Source: an uncultured Clostridia bacterium (GTDB lineage: Bacteria > Acidobacteriota > Aminicenantia > UBA2199). Taken from it: DNA of 64,000 bases. Made by a program: the position numbers and the translations under genes. The stretch covers positions 2,694 through 66,693 of the forward strand of contig CAZBHS010000027.1 of the NCBI GenBank assembly GCA_964491915.1. The letters are read 5' to 3'. Shown here one piece after another: positions 17,378-26,269 of the stretch. The notes beneath the pieces were generated by a model. It was not told the origin of the DNA. It searched no databases and was given only the letters and a program-made list of their open reading frames with translations. Position 1 is the stretch's first letter, and every line of letters starts with the position of its first letter.

Positions 17378-18370
17378 ATGATTAAGGAGATGATGATGAT
17401 CAAAACACACAGAATTTTTACGGTTTTATTGACCATACTTGTAATAAGTATCCTCATTCCCGTATCTGCATTCGCCCAAACTGGACGTGGAACCGCTAGA
17501 CAGAAAATCGTAGTTGTAGACAAGAATGATCAACCAATCGAAGATGCAACCGTCACCCTCGAATTTCTAGATAGCCGCGATCCAATCATTAAGCACGAAA
17601 AAAAAACCAATGAAAAAGGTGAAGTCGTTTTCTTCGGTCTTGGTTACGGTAAATGGGAAATCACAGCCAGTTACCAAGACCTCACCCCTGAAACCAAAAA
17701 AGTGACGGTGAGCCAGGTCAATATTAACCAGGTTAAAACCATGAAGCTGGTAAAATCCGCTCAAAAAATCGCCGAGGAAAAATTGAAAACCGAGGCCAAT
17801 TTGGTGGCCCAGGGAAACCAGCTTTTTAATGAAGGCAAATATCCAGACGCCCTCGCCGCTTATCAAGAATTTTTGGTGAAAAATCCTGAATTTTATCAAT
17901 TGCACTTGAATATTGGTAATTGCCATAAGGAATTAGAGCAAAATGAACTTGCTATCGCTGAATTCAATAAAATCATCGAATCTGCGAAAGACGAGGAAAA
18001 AGACAAAGCGCTCAAAGCCAAAGCTCTTGCAGCCATCGGGGAAATTCACCTCAAAAACCAGGATACAGATAAAGCGACTGAATTTTTTCAGAAATCCATC
18101 GCCCTGAATCCCAAGGATGAAATCCTCGCTTACAATGTCGCCGAGATCTTTTTCGCCAGCAATAACAACGAAGAGGCAGTCAAATATTACGACCTAGCCC
18201 TTCAGATTAAACCAAAATGGGCTGAGTTGTACCTTAAAAAAGGCTACGTTTATATGAACATGGGTGACTTTCCCAAAGCGATCGAATCTTTGAAAAAATT
18301 CATCGAATTGGATCCACAAAATGCTCAGGTCCCGGTAGCGGAAGAAATCATAAAAAGTCTTCAACAGTAA
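17378..18370 (+). CDS. CarboxypepD_reg-like domain plus TPR protein (module 1, C)
   Basis: 330 aa with a signal peptide. The beta-sandwich segment is VVVDKNDQPIEDATVTLEF...NEKGEVVFFGLGYGKWEITA, followed by TPRs (GNCHKELEQNELAIAEFNKII; KKGYVYMNMGDFPKAIESLKKFIELDPQN). AAGGAG at 17384-17389 suggests the real start is one of the in-frame ATGs at 17390-17396. Confidence 0.8.
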   Translation: MIKEMMMIKTHRIFTVLLTILVISILIPVSAFAQTGRGTARQKIVVVDKNDQPIEDATVTLEFLDSRDPIIKHEKKTNEKGEVVFFGLGYGKWEITASYQDLTPETKKVTVSQVNINQVKTMKLVKSAQKIAEEKLKTEANLVAQGNQLFNEGKYPDALAAYQEFLVKNPEFYQLHLNIGNCHKELEQNELAIAEFNKIIESAKDEEKDKALKAKALAAIGEIHLKNQDTDKATEFFQKSIALNPKDEILAYNVAEIFFASNNNEEAVKYYDLALQIKPKWAELYLKKGYVYMNMGDFPKAIESLKKFIELDPQNAQVPVAEEIIKSLQQ

Positions 18371-18613
18371 CATCAGATAAGTATATATAAAAAGAGCAGG
18401 CAATAGAATCCCTATTGCCTGCGCCCCTCCAGAATGTCCCGTTTTGTGTACTCATCCCCACTCTATGTTGATATATCTATTATAGCGACCGCCACCCTGC
18501 CGACTTCCATATAAAATCATAAGTCCAAGAGTGCGGTATTCTAGAGATTCGCCGGTGTGTTTTATGTTGTCTTTGCTTAGGGAAAAATTTTCGAAGTATA
18601 CTCGGAAGGTTTT

Positions 18614-18651
18614 ATAAAAAAAAAGGCCCTCCCGGAGGAGGGCCCTTTTTT
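18614..18651. terminator. bidirectional Rho-independent terminator between convergent genes C and D
   Basis: An A-run, then GGCCCTCC-cgga-GGAGGGCC (18625-18644), then a T-run. Confidence 0.8.
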
Positions 18652-18692
18652 ATTTGAGAACTTTTCAGTTCTAGTTCGGTTTATAAACCTGA

Positions 18693-21671
18693 TTAGAACA
18701 TCAACTTAACGCCGATCCGGGCAGCCAGAGAGGCGAGATAGTTTCTCTCCATCTTGTACTGAGGATCGAGTTTTGCGCCTTTGGACTGTACCTGGCCAAC
18801 TGCGTCGAAGCCGTCAAAGATGACCTGTTCGTCAACATAGATAACGCCTTCGTTGTAAAGCTGATGGATTCTCTGAGCGATTTCGTTGTTGGTAACGTTA
18901 GTTACGTTTACATTGAACTGTAAGGTATATCTGTCGCTCAGTTTCATGTTATATTCCAGATAAGCATCGGCGGCCCACAGGAACGGAGTCCGATCCAGGT
19001 TGCCTCTGCCGTAAGGATACCATCCCTGCATACCGTTCAGATAAACTTCTGTCTGCACGGGGGTACCGGTCATTGCATAGGCGTTGAAACCAATGGTCAG
19101 ACCGAAATCCCAGGAATAGGCGCCATACAGTTTGAACTGTAAGCTTCTGTCGGTGGGCAGAGGACCGGTGTGGTCTTTGCCATCTTCAGTGTAGGTCATG
19201 AACCAGGCGTCAAAGTATCTTTCAACGCCGGGGTCTTTACGACCATGCTCATCGGAACTGGCCAAACCAGAGAAGTTACCTTTCAAGCTACTCCAGGTCA
19301 AGGACAAACCACCCAACCAGTTGTTGGAGAATTTTTTATCCAAATTGGCCTGAATGGAGTAGTAATTACGGATAGCTTTTGTGGCCTGGATACCCTGCGG
19401 CATAAGACCCAGAGCCTGCACTTCGTCATACTTCTGCTGGATCCAGTCGGAGCCGGGGTTGCCATTGAAATAAATTTCGCCTTCGGGATACTGCACACCG
19501 ATGTCTTCGATGGCGTTCACGATGGTGTTGTGTAAGAATCTTACGCTCAACGCAACATCTTCAGTAATTTTTTTCTGCACACCGAGGGTGTACTCATATT
19601 TGCTGAAGGGTTTCATGTTGGGCTGAGTGGTATCGAAGGACGGGATCCTCCAGTTACGGGATTCCAGATAGGGATTGCCATTAAAACTGTCAACCGGGTG
19701 TACATCTACGTTAGTATATGCATCCCAATTGGGGTTCTGAATGTTGTAATAATGGGAAACCCATTTGAATCCACCATAGGAACCTTCAGCCATGGCCAGC
19801 TTCATTACGTCATAATAGATACCGAAAGATCCGAAGATCTTGAGGTCGGAATCGCCAAAAACGTCATAGGCAAAACCAAGCCTAGGAGCAATTTTGTCGC
19901 CGAAACCAAACTGGATCGGCGGATCGGAATATTCAGGAAGGTCGCTGAAGGAGGGGATATCCTCTTTCTCAAACCTAACACCGGCGTTGACAGTCAATTT
20001 TTCTCCGACGGTCCACGCATCCTGAAGATAAACCGCAAAACGGTTGCTGGAAATGTTAGCAATCGAACCAAAAGGAGATCTTACTTCAACATAACCCAGG
20101 TCGGTACCAATGGTCTGACCGGAATTGGGGGATTCAAAATCGTCGCCCCAGTAAAAGCGGTTGTAGTTGTAAGGATAAGCGTCATCCTTATCAACACCGA
20201 CTTTCACATACTGAAAACCGATCTTCCATACATGTTCGCCAGCTAGATTCATGTAGTAGGTCAAATCAGCGGTGGCGGTCAACTTGTTGTTGATGTCTTT
20301 GTTGGTTGCGAAACCATCATAGTAACCATAGTTTGCATAATATAGGGGTACTACGGGGTTGCCATAACCAGAAGAAGCTCTCAAGTGATAGAAACGGGGG
20401 CCTTCGGGTTTGACGCCCTGGAGCCGGTTCGTTTTCCAGTAACCAGCGGTGACGTTCAACATCGCGTTGTTACCGATGGTATAATCCAGGCTACCACCAA
20501 CGGTGAAGCTGGGATATTCCCAAGTCTGGTCTTCCCAGGCTTTGAGACCGTTACCGGAACCATCCAACGGAGGCAGTTCGCCGTCTTCATTCCAGCTATC
20601 AATGGTACCACTCAAGGACAAACGCACATTATTGGCAACCTGACCAGTCAATTTCAAAGAACCGGCATAATAGGTGCGATCACGGGTGATTTCCCTATTC
20701 AGTTCGGGCGAAGCTGAAAAGACTCCGTCTCTGGTGGTTTTGTAGAACTTAGGCATAAAGCTGCCGAAGAACCACAATTTGTCTTTGATGATATAGCCGC
20801 CGATACCGATACCGGGCTCGATACGAGACCATGAATCTTCGGGATAGGTGACGTATTCAGCGATTGTGTCATCATAAGGATTGTGACGCAGAGTCGGAAC
20901 TGGGTCATAACCCAGGGCGCTACCGTCATAATACAACATGGCAGAACCGTGGAATTCATTACCACCACTACGGGTGATAACACTGATAACACCACCCATG
21001 GACCCACCGTATTCAGCAGCGTAACCGGAAGATTTTACCTGGACTTCTTCGATGAAGTCAAAGTTTACGTCCTGCCCGGATTCACCACTGAACAATGTGG
21101 TTGTGTCGACACCGTCTACGAAAAAGACATTTTCAGAACTACTTGCACCGTCAAACGAAATACCGCCGAGCTCTTCTTCATTGTTAACACCAGCAGAGGT
21201 GGTAACGATGGAGGTAAAGTTACGGCCTTTCGGTAATTTGGTGAAGGTTTCTTTGGTGATATTTACCGTGGTGGCACTCTTACGAACATCCAGAACGGGG
21301 GACTGTCCGGTGACGACGATCTCTTCACGGATAGCACCAGTCTGCATGATCACATTGATTTTAATGGTTCTACCGATATCAACCCTGATCTTTTCCCGTT
21401 TGATGGTTTTAAAACCTTCAAGACTAAAGGTGATGGTATAATCACCGGTGGGAAGAGCGAGCAACCGAAAGCCACCATTTTCATTCGATACTGTCGTACG
21501 GACACCAACCATGTTAGTACCAGTCGCTTCGATTGCTACGCCTGGGATAGCGGAGCCATCTTCGAGCACTACTGTTCCAATAACTTCACCTGTCTGCTCC
21601 TGAGCGAACATTGTACCGCCAAAGAGTAACGCAACAGCGAAGAACAAAACCAAACATTTTTTGTTAAACAT
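18693..21671 (-). CDS. Oar-like TonB-dependent outer-membrane barrel with N-terminal CarboxypepD_reg domain (module 1, D)
   Basis: 992 aa with a signal peptide. The CarboxypepD_reg segment is GTVVLEDGSAIPGVAIEA...NENGGFRLLALPTGDYTITFSLEGF. A plug-like region follows (VVTGQSPVLDVRKSATTVNITKETFTKLP), then a long beta-rich body. The C-terminal residue is Phe (GVKLMF). GGAGG lies before the ATG. Confidence 0.85.
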   Translation of the reverse strand: MFNKKCLVLFFAVALLFGGTMFAQEQTGEVIGTVVLEDGSAIPGVAIEATGTNMVGVRTTVSNENGGFRLLALPTGDYTITFSLEGFKTIKREKIRVDIGRTIKINVIMQTGAIREEIVVTGQSPVLDVRKSATTVNITKETFTKLPKGRNFTSIVTTSAGVNNEEELGGISFDGASSSENVFFVDGVDTTTLFSGESGQDVNFDFIEEVQVKSSGYAAEYGGSMGGVISVITRSGGNEFHGSAMLYYDGSALGYDPVPTLRHNPYDDTIAEYVTYPEDSWSRIEPGIGIGGYIIKDKLWFFGSFMPKFYKTTRDGVFSASPELNREITRDRTYYAGSLKLTGQVANNVRLSLSGTIDSWNEDGELPPLDGSGNGLKAWEDQTWEYPSFTVGGSLDYTIGNNAMLNVTAGYWKTNRLQGVKPEGPRFYHLRASSGYGNPVVPLYYANYGYYDGFATNKDINNKLTATADLTYYMNLAGEHVWKIGFQYVKVGVDKDDAYPYNYNRFYWGDDFESPNSGQTIGTDLGYVEVRSPFGSIANISSNRFAVYLQDAWTVGEKLTVNAGVRFEKEDIPSFSDLPEYSDPPIQFGFGDKIAPRLGFAYDVFGDSDLKIFGSFGIYYDVMKLAMAEGSYGGFKWVSHYYNIQNPNWDAYTNVDVHPVDSFNGNPYLESRNWRIPSFDTTQPNMKPFSKYEYTLGVQKKITEDVALSVRFLHNTIVNAIEDIGVQYPEGEIYFNGNPGSDWIQQKYDEVQALGLMPQGIQATKAIRNYYSIQANLDKKFSNNWLGGLSLTWSSLKGNFSGLASSDEHGRKDPGVERYFDAWFMTYTEDGKDHTGPLPTDRSLQFKLYGAYSWDFGLTIGFNAYAMTGTPVQTEVYLNGMQGWYPYGRGNLDRTPFLWAADAYLEYNMKLSDRYTLQFNVNVTNVTNNEIAQRIHQLYNEGVIYVDEQVIFDGFDAVGQVQSKGAKLDPQYKMERNYLASLAARIGVKLMF

Positions 21672-21710
21672 TAAACCTCCTCAAAATTTTGTGGATTGAG
21701 GTATAATACA

Positions 21711-21726
21711 AGCAATAATTTTGCCA
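21711..21726 (-). promoter_or_regulatory. sigma-54 promoter of the minus-strand barrel gene
   Basis: The minus strand reads TGGCAA-aatta-TTGCT with exact GG-N10-GC spacing. The -12 element is about 40 nt upstream of ATG 21671, with GGAGG in between. Confidence 0.65.
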
Positions 21727-21794
21727 AGCCCCTTCACTTTGTGAAACCTCTTAACAATTAGTTTTCACAATAGTAGAAAAAAATAAACCAAAAG

Positions 21795-21813
21795 TTTGGA
21801 TTCCACATCCAAA
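21795..21813. promoter_or_regulatory. palindrome TTTGGAT-tccac-ATCCAAA between the two divergent sigma-54 promoters
   Basis: Perfect 7-bp arms with a 5-nt spacer. It sits about 80 bp upstream of the minus-strand -24 and about 175 bp upstream of the plus-strand -24, which is a candidate activator-site position. Confidence 0.35.
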
Positions 21814-21976
21814 ATAACGGATCGCCTATTACGGGAATCTATTTTCCATTATATAAAGATTTGATATAATATGAAAGAAGTTGAACTCTATGCAGTAACC
21901 TATTAGTTGGGGTTCAGGGAAAACACAAATACTTTTTTACACTATTTTAGAATTGAAAGAGCAGGCCAACCGCATA

Positions 21977-21992
21977 TGGCACGACTTTTGCT
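21977..21992 (+). promoter_or_regulatory. sigma-54 promoter of the plus-strand barrel gene
   Basis: TGGCAC-gactt-TTGCT, a full consensus with GG at 21978-21979 and GC at 21990-21991. It is about 110 nt upstream of ATG 22102, which is preceded by AGGAGG. Confidence 0.7.
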
Positions 21993-22101
21993 AAATATTT
22001 TAGCTATGTATTTAAAGAAATGTGCTAAATTTTATAGAGCCAGGCCCAATTGGCAAAAAAAGCTTTATAGGATCTAGCCTAAGTTTAGTTAGGAGGTATT
22101 T

Positions 22102-24909
22102 ATGCTAAAACGTATTTCCATTGTAATTGCTGCTGTATTCTTCCTGGTTTCAGTTAATTATGCACAGTTGAACCAGACAGGAATGATTAGCGGTATCGTA
22201 AATTCCCCAGACGGAACCCCGATGCCAGGAGTCACCGTCGTAATCAAATCACCGGCGTTGGTTCTTCCTGAGATGACAACTATTTCCTCTGAAAATGGAA
22301 GATATCGGTTTCCCTCCCTTGCTCCCGGTACTTATGAAGTAAGCTTCATACTCGAAGGAATGAACACTCTAGTCCACAAAGGCATTGTTGTTAGCGTTGG
22401 CGTTACCAGCCGTGTCGATGTGACGATGGAACTTCAGTCCATTCAGGAAAGTGTCGTGGTTGAGGGACAGTCTCCCACGGTTGACCGTCAGAGCACAACC
22501 AGAGCCGCTAACCTGGATTCTGAGTTTCTGGATTCAATCCCCGCATTGAGAAACCTGGGTACCTATTTCAATATGACCCCCGGTGTCACCAGCGATTCAG
22601 TACATGGAAGCTCCGTTCGCGACAGCGCTTACAACCTTGATGGCGTCAATCTGGCCGACCCCACAGTCGGAACCCAGGGTGTCTTCTTCGGAATGGACAT
22701 CATGGAAGAGGTCTCCGTTCAGAGCGGCGGTCTCTCGGCTGAATACGGTAGTGTCAGAGGCGCGGTCATCAACGTCGTCTCCAAATCCGGTGGAAACAAA
22801 TTCAGCGGAACCGCCAGCGTCTATTACAGACATGAAAGTCTGCAGTCGGACAACACAACCGGTACTCCGTTAGAAGGCGAATTCAGCGGTTACAAGTACG
22901 AGGTAGAACCGGGAATCACCCTCGGCGGCCCCATTGTAAAGGACAAATTGTGGTTTTTTACCAACCTCAGTTTCAACAAGAGAGAGCAGTTCATCTCCGG
23001 TTATCCTTACGACGCCCCCGAAGGCCAGGAAATCCCTTATGATGATTACCGTCCCTATCCTTACATCAAGTTGACTTTCCAGCCCAACCAGGCCAACAAG
23101 TTCATCTTGTCGTACAATTATTCCGACATCACGAGAAATCACCGTGGAGCCAGCCGTTATATGCTGGAAGAGTCCACCCGCACCCAGGAAACACCGACTC
23201 ACGTTTTTAATGCGCATTGGACCCGCTCCTTCGGTAGTAATTTCTTCATGAACTTCAAAGCCGGCGGTTACGTGAGCGACTTCAACATGCTCACCAAAAC
23301 CGCCGCTTTACCCACCTACGAATATCTGAATAACCGTCAGACCGGTAACTATGGTTATGACGATTTAAACCAGAGGGACCGTCTGCAGATTAACGTCGAC
23401 GGCACCATGTTTGTGGATGACCTCGCAGGCGCCCACGAGCTAAAATTCGGCGGCGAATTCCAGTATGGTTGGACCGGCCGTCAGCTCAATTTCCCCGGCG
23501 TCGCAAGCCCGGAGTATCCCGGTTTGAACGCTTACTCCGTATATCTGTGGGACGGCGAACCTTTTTATGCGACATTCTATGCTCCTTACGACGTAAAAGA
23601 GCAGATGATGAATGTATCGCTGTTCGTTCAGGATACATGGTCTATCACCAACAACCTCACCTTGAACCTGGGCCTCCGTTATGAATACCAGAAAGGCATG
23701 ATTCCCGTACAGGGAGTCGATGCAGGCCCGATGGAGCTCTTTGGTTATTCCTACTTCAGGAATGTCGATGAGACTATCACCGCCAACACCTGGAACACAT
23801 TGGCGCCCAGGGCCGGCTTCATCTATGATCTTTTCAGCGATGGCACGACCTTATTGAAAGGTAGTTACGCCAGATATTACATCGCCAACATTACCCAGTG
23901 GTTCTCCGGTATCAATCCTAACGGATTCGTCAGCTATAGCGGCTACATCTATCCCGACCTCAGTCTCCAACAGCTCGCGGGATTGGGCGTACCCACTCCG
24001 GAAGACCTGGCCCAGTTGGGATACAACGATTATGATCTCGAAGCTCCTTATGTAGACGAGGTCACAATCGGTATCGAAAAAGAACTCTGGGAAGATTGGT
24101 CCATCGGTCTCCGTTACATCAAAAAATGGGACAAAAAACTCATCGAAGATGTCAACTCCAAAGCCTTGGATATCGACGCCTTGATGGACAATGGCGAACT
24201 CATCTGGACCAACTGGGAACCCCTTACCGTCACCGATCCTTATGACGGCAACTCGGTCACTTTTTGGCAAGAGAAGCAGACTTTCAACCCCAAATATTAC
24301 GTAGTGAACGCGCCTGGCGCCACAAGAGATTACGATGGTATCGAGTTCACCTTGAACAAACGTTACTCTAACGGATGGTCTTTGAACGCATCCTACGTCT
24401 TCCAGAATTCCCGTGGTTTGATCGGAACCGACTTCGACGACAGTTGGGGCGGCACCGGTTACTACGACAATCCCAACAACCATATCTACGCTGTTGGTAG
24501 ATTCCCGTTGGAAAGACGTCACCAGGTTAAAATCCAGGGTCTGGTCAAAGGTCCTTGGGGAGTCAACCTGAGTGGTTACTTCAGATACCTCTCCGGTCAG
24601 AGATACACCCGGGCGGTTCGCTCGTTGGATCTCGGACTGCAGCTCAGCCATGATGATGAAACCATCTATGCTGAGGAAAGAGGTTCTAGAGGTTATCCGG
24701 GCCTCGCCATCCTCGACTTGAGGGTGGAGAAAGCTTTCAAACTCGGCCCCGTTACGTTGCGCGCCTTCGTTGACATTTTCAACGTATTCAATAGCGGCGT
24801 AGCCACTGAATACTACACAATTTCCAGTAATCCTGGTATTGAATTCGAGACTATGGAAAGCATTTCCGATCCGAGAATTTTCAGATTGGGCGCCAAGATC
24901 GAATTTTAA
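22102..24909 (+). CDS. Oar-like TonB-dependent outer-membrane barrel with N-terminal CarboxypepD_reg domain (module 2, D')
   Basis: 935 aa with a signal peptide. The CarboxypepD_reg segment is GIVNSPDGTPMPGVTVVIKS...SENGRYRFPSLAPGTYEVSFILEGM and the plug-like region is VVEGQSPTVDRQSTTRAANLDSEFLDSIP. The C-terminal residue is Phe (GAKIEF). It is a paralog of 18693-21671. Confidence 0.85.
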   Translation: MLKRISIVIAAVFFLVSVNYAQLNQTGMISGIVNSPDGTPMPGVTVVIKSPALVLPEMTTISSENGRYRFPSLAPGTYEVSFILEGMNTLVHKGIVVSVGVTSRVDVTMELQSIQESVVVEGQSPTVDRQSTTRAANLDSEFLDSIPALRNLGTYFNMTPGVTSDSVHGSSVRDSAYNLDGVNLADPTVGTQGVFFGMDIMEEVSVQSGGLSAEYGSVRGAVINVVSKSGGNKFSGTASVYYRHESLQSDNTTGTPLEGEFSGYKYEVEPGITLGGPIVKDKLWFFTNLSFNKREQFISGYPYDAPEGQEIPYDDYRPYPYIKLTFQPNQANKFILSYNYSDITRNHRGASRYMLEESTRTQETPTHVFNAHWTRSFGSNFFMNFKAGGYVSDFNMLTKTAALPTYEYLNNRQTGNYGYDDLNQRDRLQINVDGTMFVDDLAGAHELKFGGEFQYGWTGRQLNFPGVASPEYPGLNAYSVYLWDGEPFYATFYAPYDVKEQMMNVSLFVQDTWSITNNLTLNLGLRYEYQKGMIPVQGVDAGPMELFGYSYFRNVDETITANTWNTLAPRAGFIYDLFSDGTTLLKGSYARYYIANITQWFSGINPNGFVSYSGYIYPDLSLQQLAGLGVPTPEDLAQLGYNDYDLEAPYVDEVTIGIEKELWEDWSIGLRYIKKWDKKLIEDVNSKALDIDALMDNGELIWTNWEPLTVTDPYDGNSVTFWQEKQTFNPKYYVVNAPGATRDYDGIEFTLNKRYSNGWSLNASYVFQNSRGLIGTDFDDSWGGTGYYDNPNNHIYAVGRFPLERRHQVKIQGLVKGPWGVNLSGYFRYLSGQRYTRAVRSLDLGLQLSHDDETIYAEERGSRGYPGLAILDLRVEKAFKLGPVTLRAFVDIFNVFNSGVATEYYTISSNPGIEFETMESISDPRIFRLGAKIEF

Positions 24910-24945
24910 TCCAATTCTGAAACTGTAGTAACATTCAAATAAAAA

Positions 24946-24977
24946 GGGGACGCTTTAACCAGCGTCCCTTTTTTTTA
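24946..24977 (+). terminator. Rho-independent terminator
   Basis: GGGACGCT-ttaacc-AGCGTCCC followed by T9, about 35 nt after the stop. Confidence 0.85.
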
Positions 24978-25140
24978 TCCAATTATTTGGATCATCACTC
25001 CCCACCAACCCCCCACTGAATATTCCCTCATATTAGGAAGAACTCCCCGCTGATCTGGACCACCCGCATGATGATCTCTCAAGATATAAGAGCGCTCTTA
25101 GTGAGGAGTATTAGGAGGATCGGTGAGAAGGTGATGGGTA

Positions 25141-25167
25141 GTTAGTGTGGCCACTGGCCACACTAAC
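25141..25167. repeat. perfect 12-bp-stem hairpin GTTAGTGTGGCC-act-GGCCACACTAAC
   Basis: A perfect inverted repeat 29 nt beyond the stop of the minus-strand gene 25196-26161. No U-run follows on that strand, so it is not a canonical terminator. Confidence 0.5.
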
Positions 25168-25195
25168 ATTCGATATTTTCTATTCTAGGTTTTAC

Positions 25196-26161
25196 TTACT
25201 TTAAATCTTTTATTAAGCTCTTTATTGTATCTGCCTGGGGATCATCCGGAGCTATTTCCACGAACTTTTCCATATAGGAAACAGCTTTGACGGTATCGCC
25301 TTTATTCAGATAGGCATATCCGAGTTTCAAGTAAGATTTCGGCCAATCGGGCTTGATTTTGATAGCCATCTCATAATACTTGACAGCCTCATCCACTTTA
25401 TTCATGTTGAAAAGGATTTCCGCGACATTGTAGGCAAGCGCATGATCGGTGGGATCGATTTCCATTGATTTCTTGAAATTGGCTTCGGCTTCCGCGAATT
25501 TGTCCTGGGCCATGAAAGCTTCGCCAAGACTGGCGTAAACCCTTGCGGAAATGGTATTGATTTCTTTGGTTTGTTCAGCTTCCGCCGCCAATCCCGCCAA
25601 TACTTTTTTGTACTCTGCTATCGATTCGGGGTATTTACGGAGCCGGAAATAGCAATTGCCTATATTGATTCCCACCTTATAGAGCAATGGATTTTTTTCA
25701 CGGAATTTTAAAAACATATCGAGAGCGCCTTTATAGTTATCCTGTTTAAACATTTGATTGCCCTGCAAAAATTCCGACCTTGAGCCATCATCCTTGATAC
25801 CCACAGGCGTCTCTTCAGAAATCTTTTCCATTTCAATTCTCTGCTTCGGGTTTTTTCCAGCCTGACTTAACTGTATCGGCATGATAGTGCGAACATATCC
25901 CTCTTTTTCTGCAGTCACCCGGTACGGGCCGTTGGCGAAGCCATAGAATCCCCACTTTCCCTTCTCATCGGAAACAGTCTCCATGCTAAATTTATACTTC
26001 AAGGATTCCAACAAAATTTTGACCCCGCCCACAGTATTACCATCCTGATCCTGCACAATACCGGTCACCCGCCCCACGCCTCTTCCTTCCTGGGACAATA
26101 CCAACGAAGATCCAGCAAATACAATCATTATCAATACGAAAAAAAGCGAGAGTTTTTTCAT
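25196..26161 (-). CDS. CarboxypepD_reg-like domain plus TPR protein (module 2, C')
   Basis: I set the start at ATG 26161 (MKKLSLFFVLIMIVFAGSSLVLS, AGGAGG upstream) rather than track start 26233. The beta-sandwich segment is GIVQDQDGNTVGGVKILLES...DEKGKWGFYGFANGPYRVTA. The TPRs (GNCYFRLRKYPESIAEYKKVL; KLGYAYLNKGDTVKAVSYMEKFVEIAPDD) are colinear with 17378-18370. Confidence 0.8.
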   Translation of the reverse strand: MKKLSLFFVLIMIVFAGSSLVLSQEGRGVGRVTGIVQDQDGNTVGGVKILLESLKYKFSMETVSDEKGKWGFYGFANGPYRVTAEKEGYVRTIMPIQLSQAGKNPKQRIEMEKISEETPVGIKDDGSRSEFLQGNQMFKQDNYKGALDMFLKFREKNPLLYKVGINIGNCYFRLRKYPESIAEYKKVLAGLAAEAEQTKEINTISARVYASLGEAFMAQDKFAEAEANFKKSMEIDPTDHALAYNVAEILFNMNKVDEAVKYYEMAIKIKPDWPKSYLKLGYAYLNKGDTVKAVSYMEKFVEIAPDDPQADTIKSLIKDLK

Positions 26162-26269
26162 CTTATTCCTCCTAATTATCAGGTTAATCATTCTGATCAT
26201 AACCACACATTCTACCAAAATTCCCTGGTACAATCAATGAACCGGGACTCCACAATAGAGCCGCGGATA

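Noticed and set aside
21936-21943. TTTACACT half-site upstream of the 21977 sigma-54 promoter, as a fourth copy of the 8022-type palindrome
   Set aside because: The partner arm is absent (ACAAAT instead of TGTAAA), so an 8-mer half-site alone is weak evidence.
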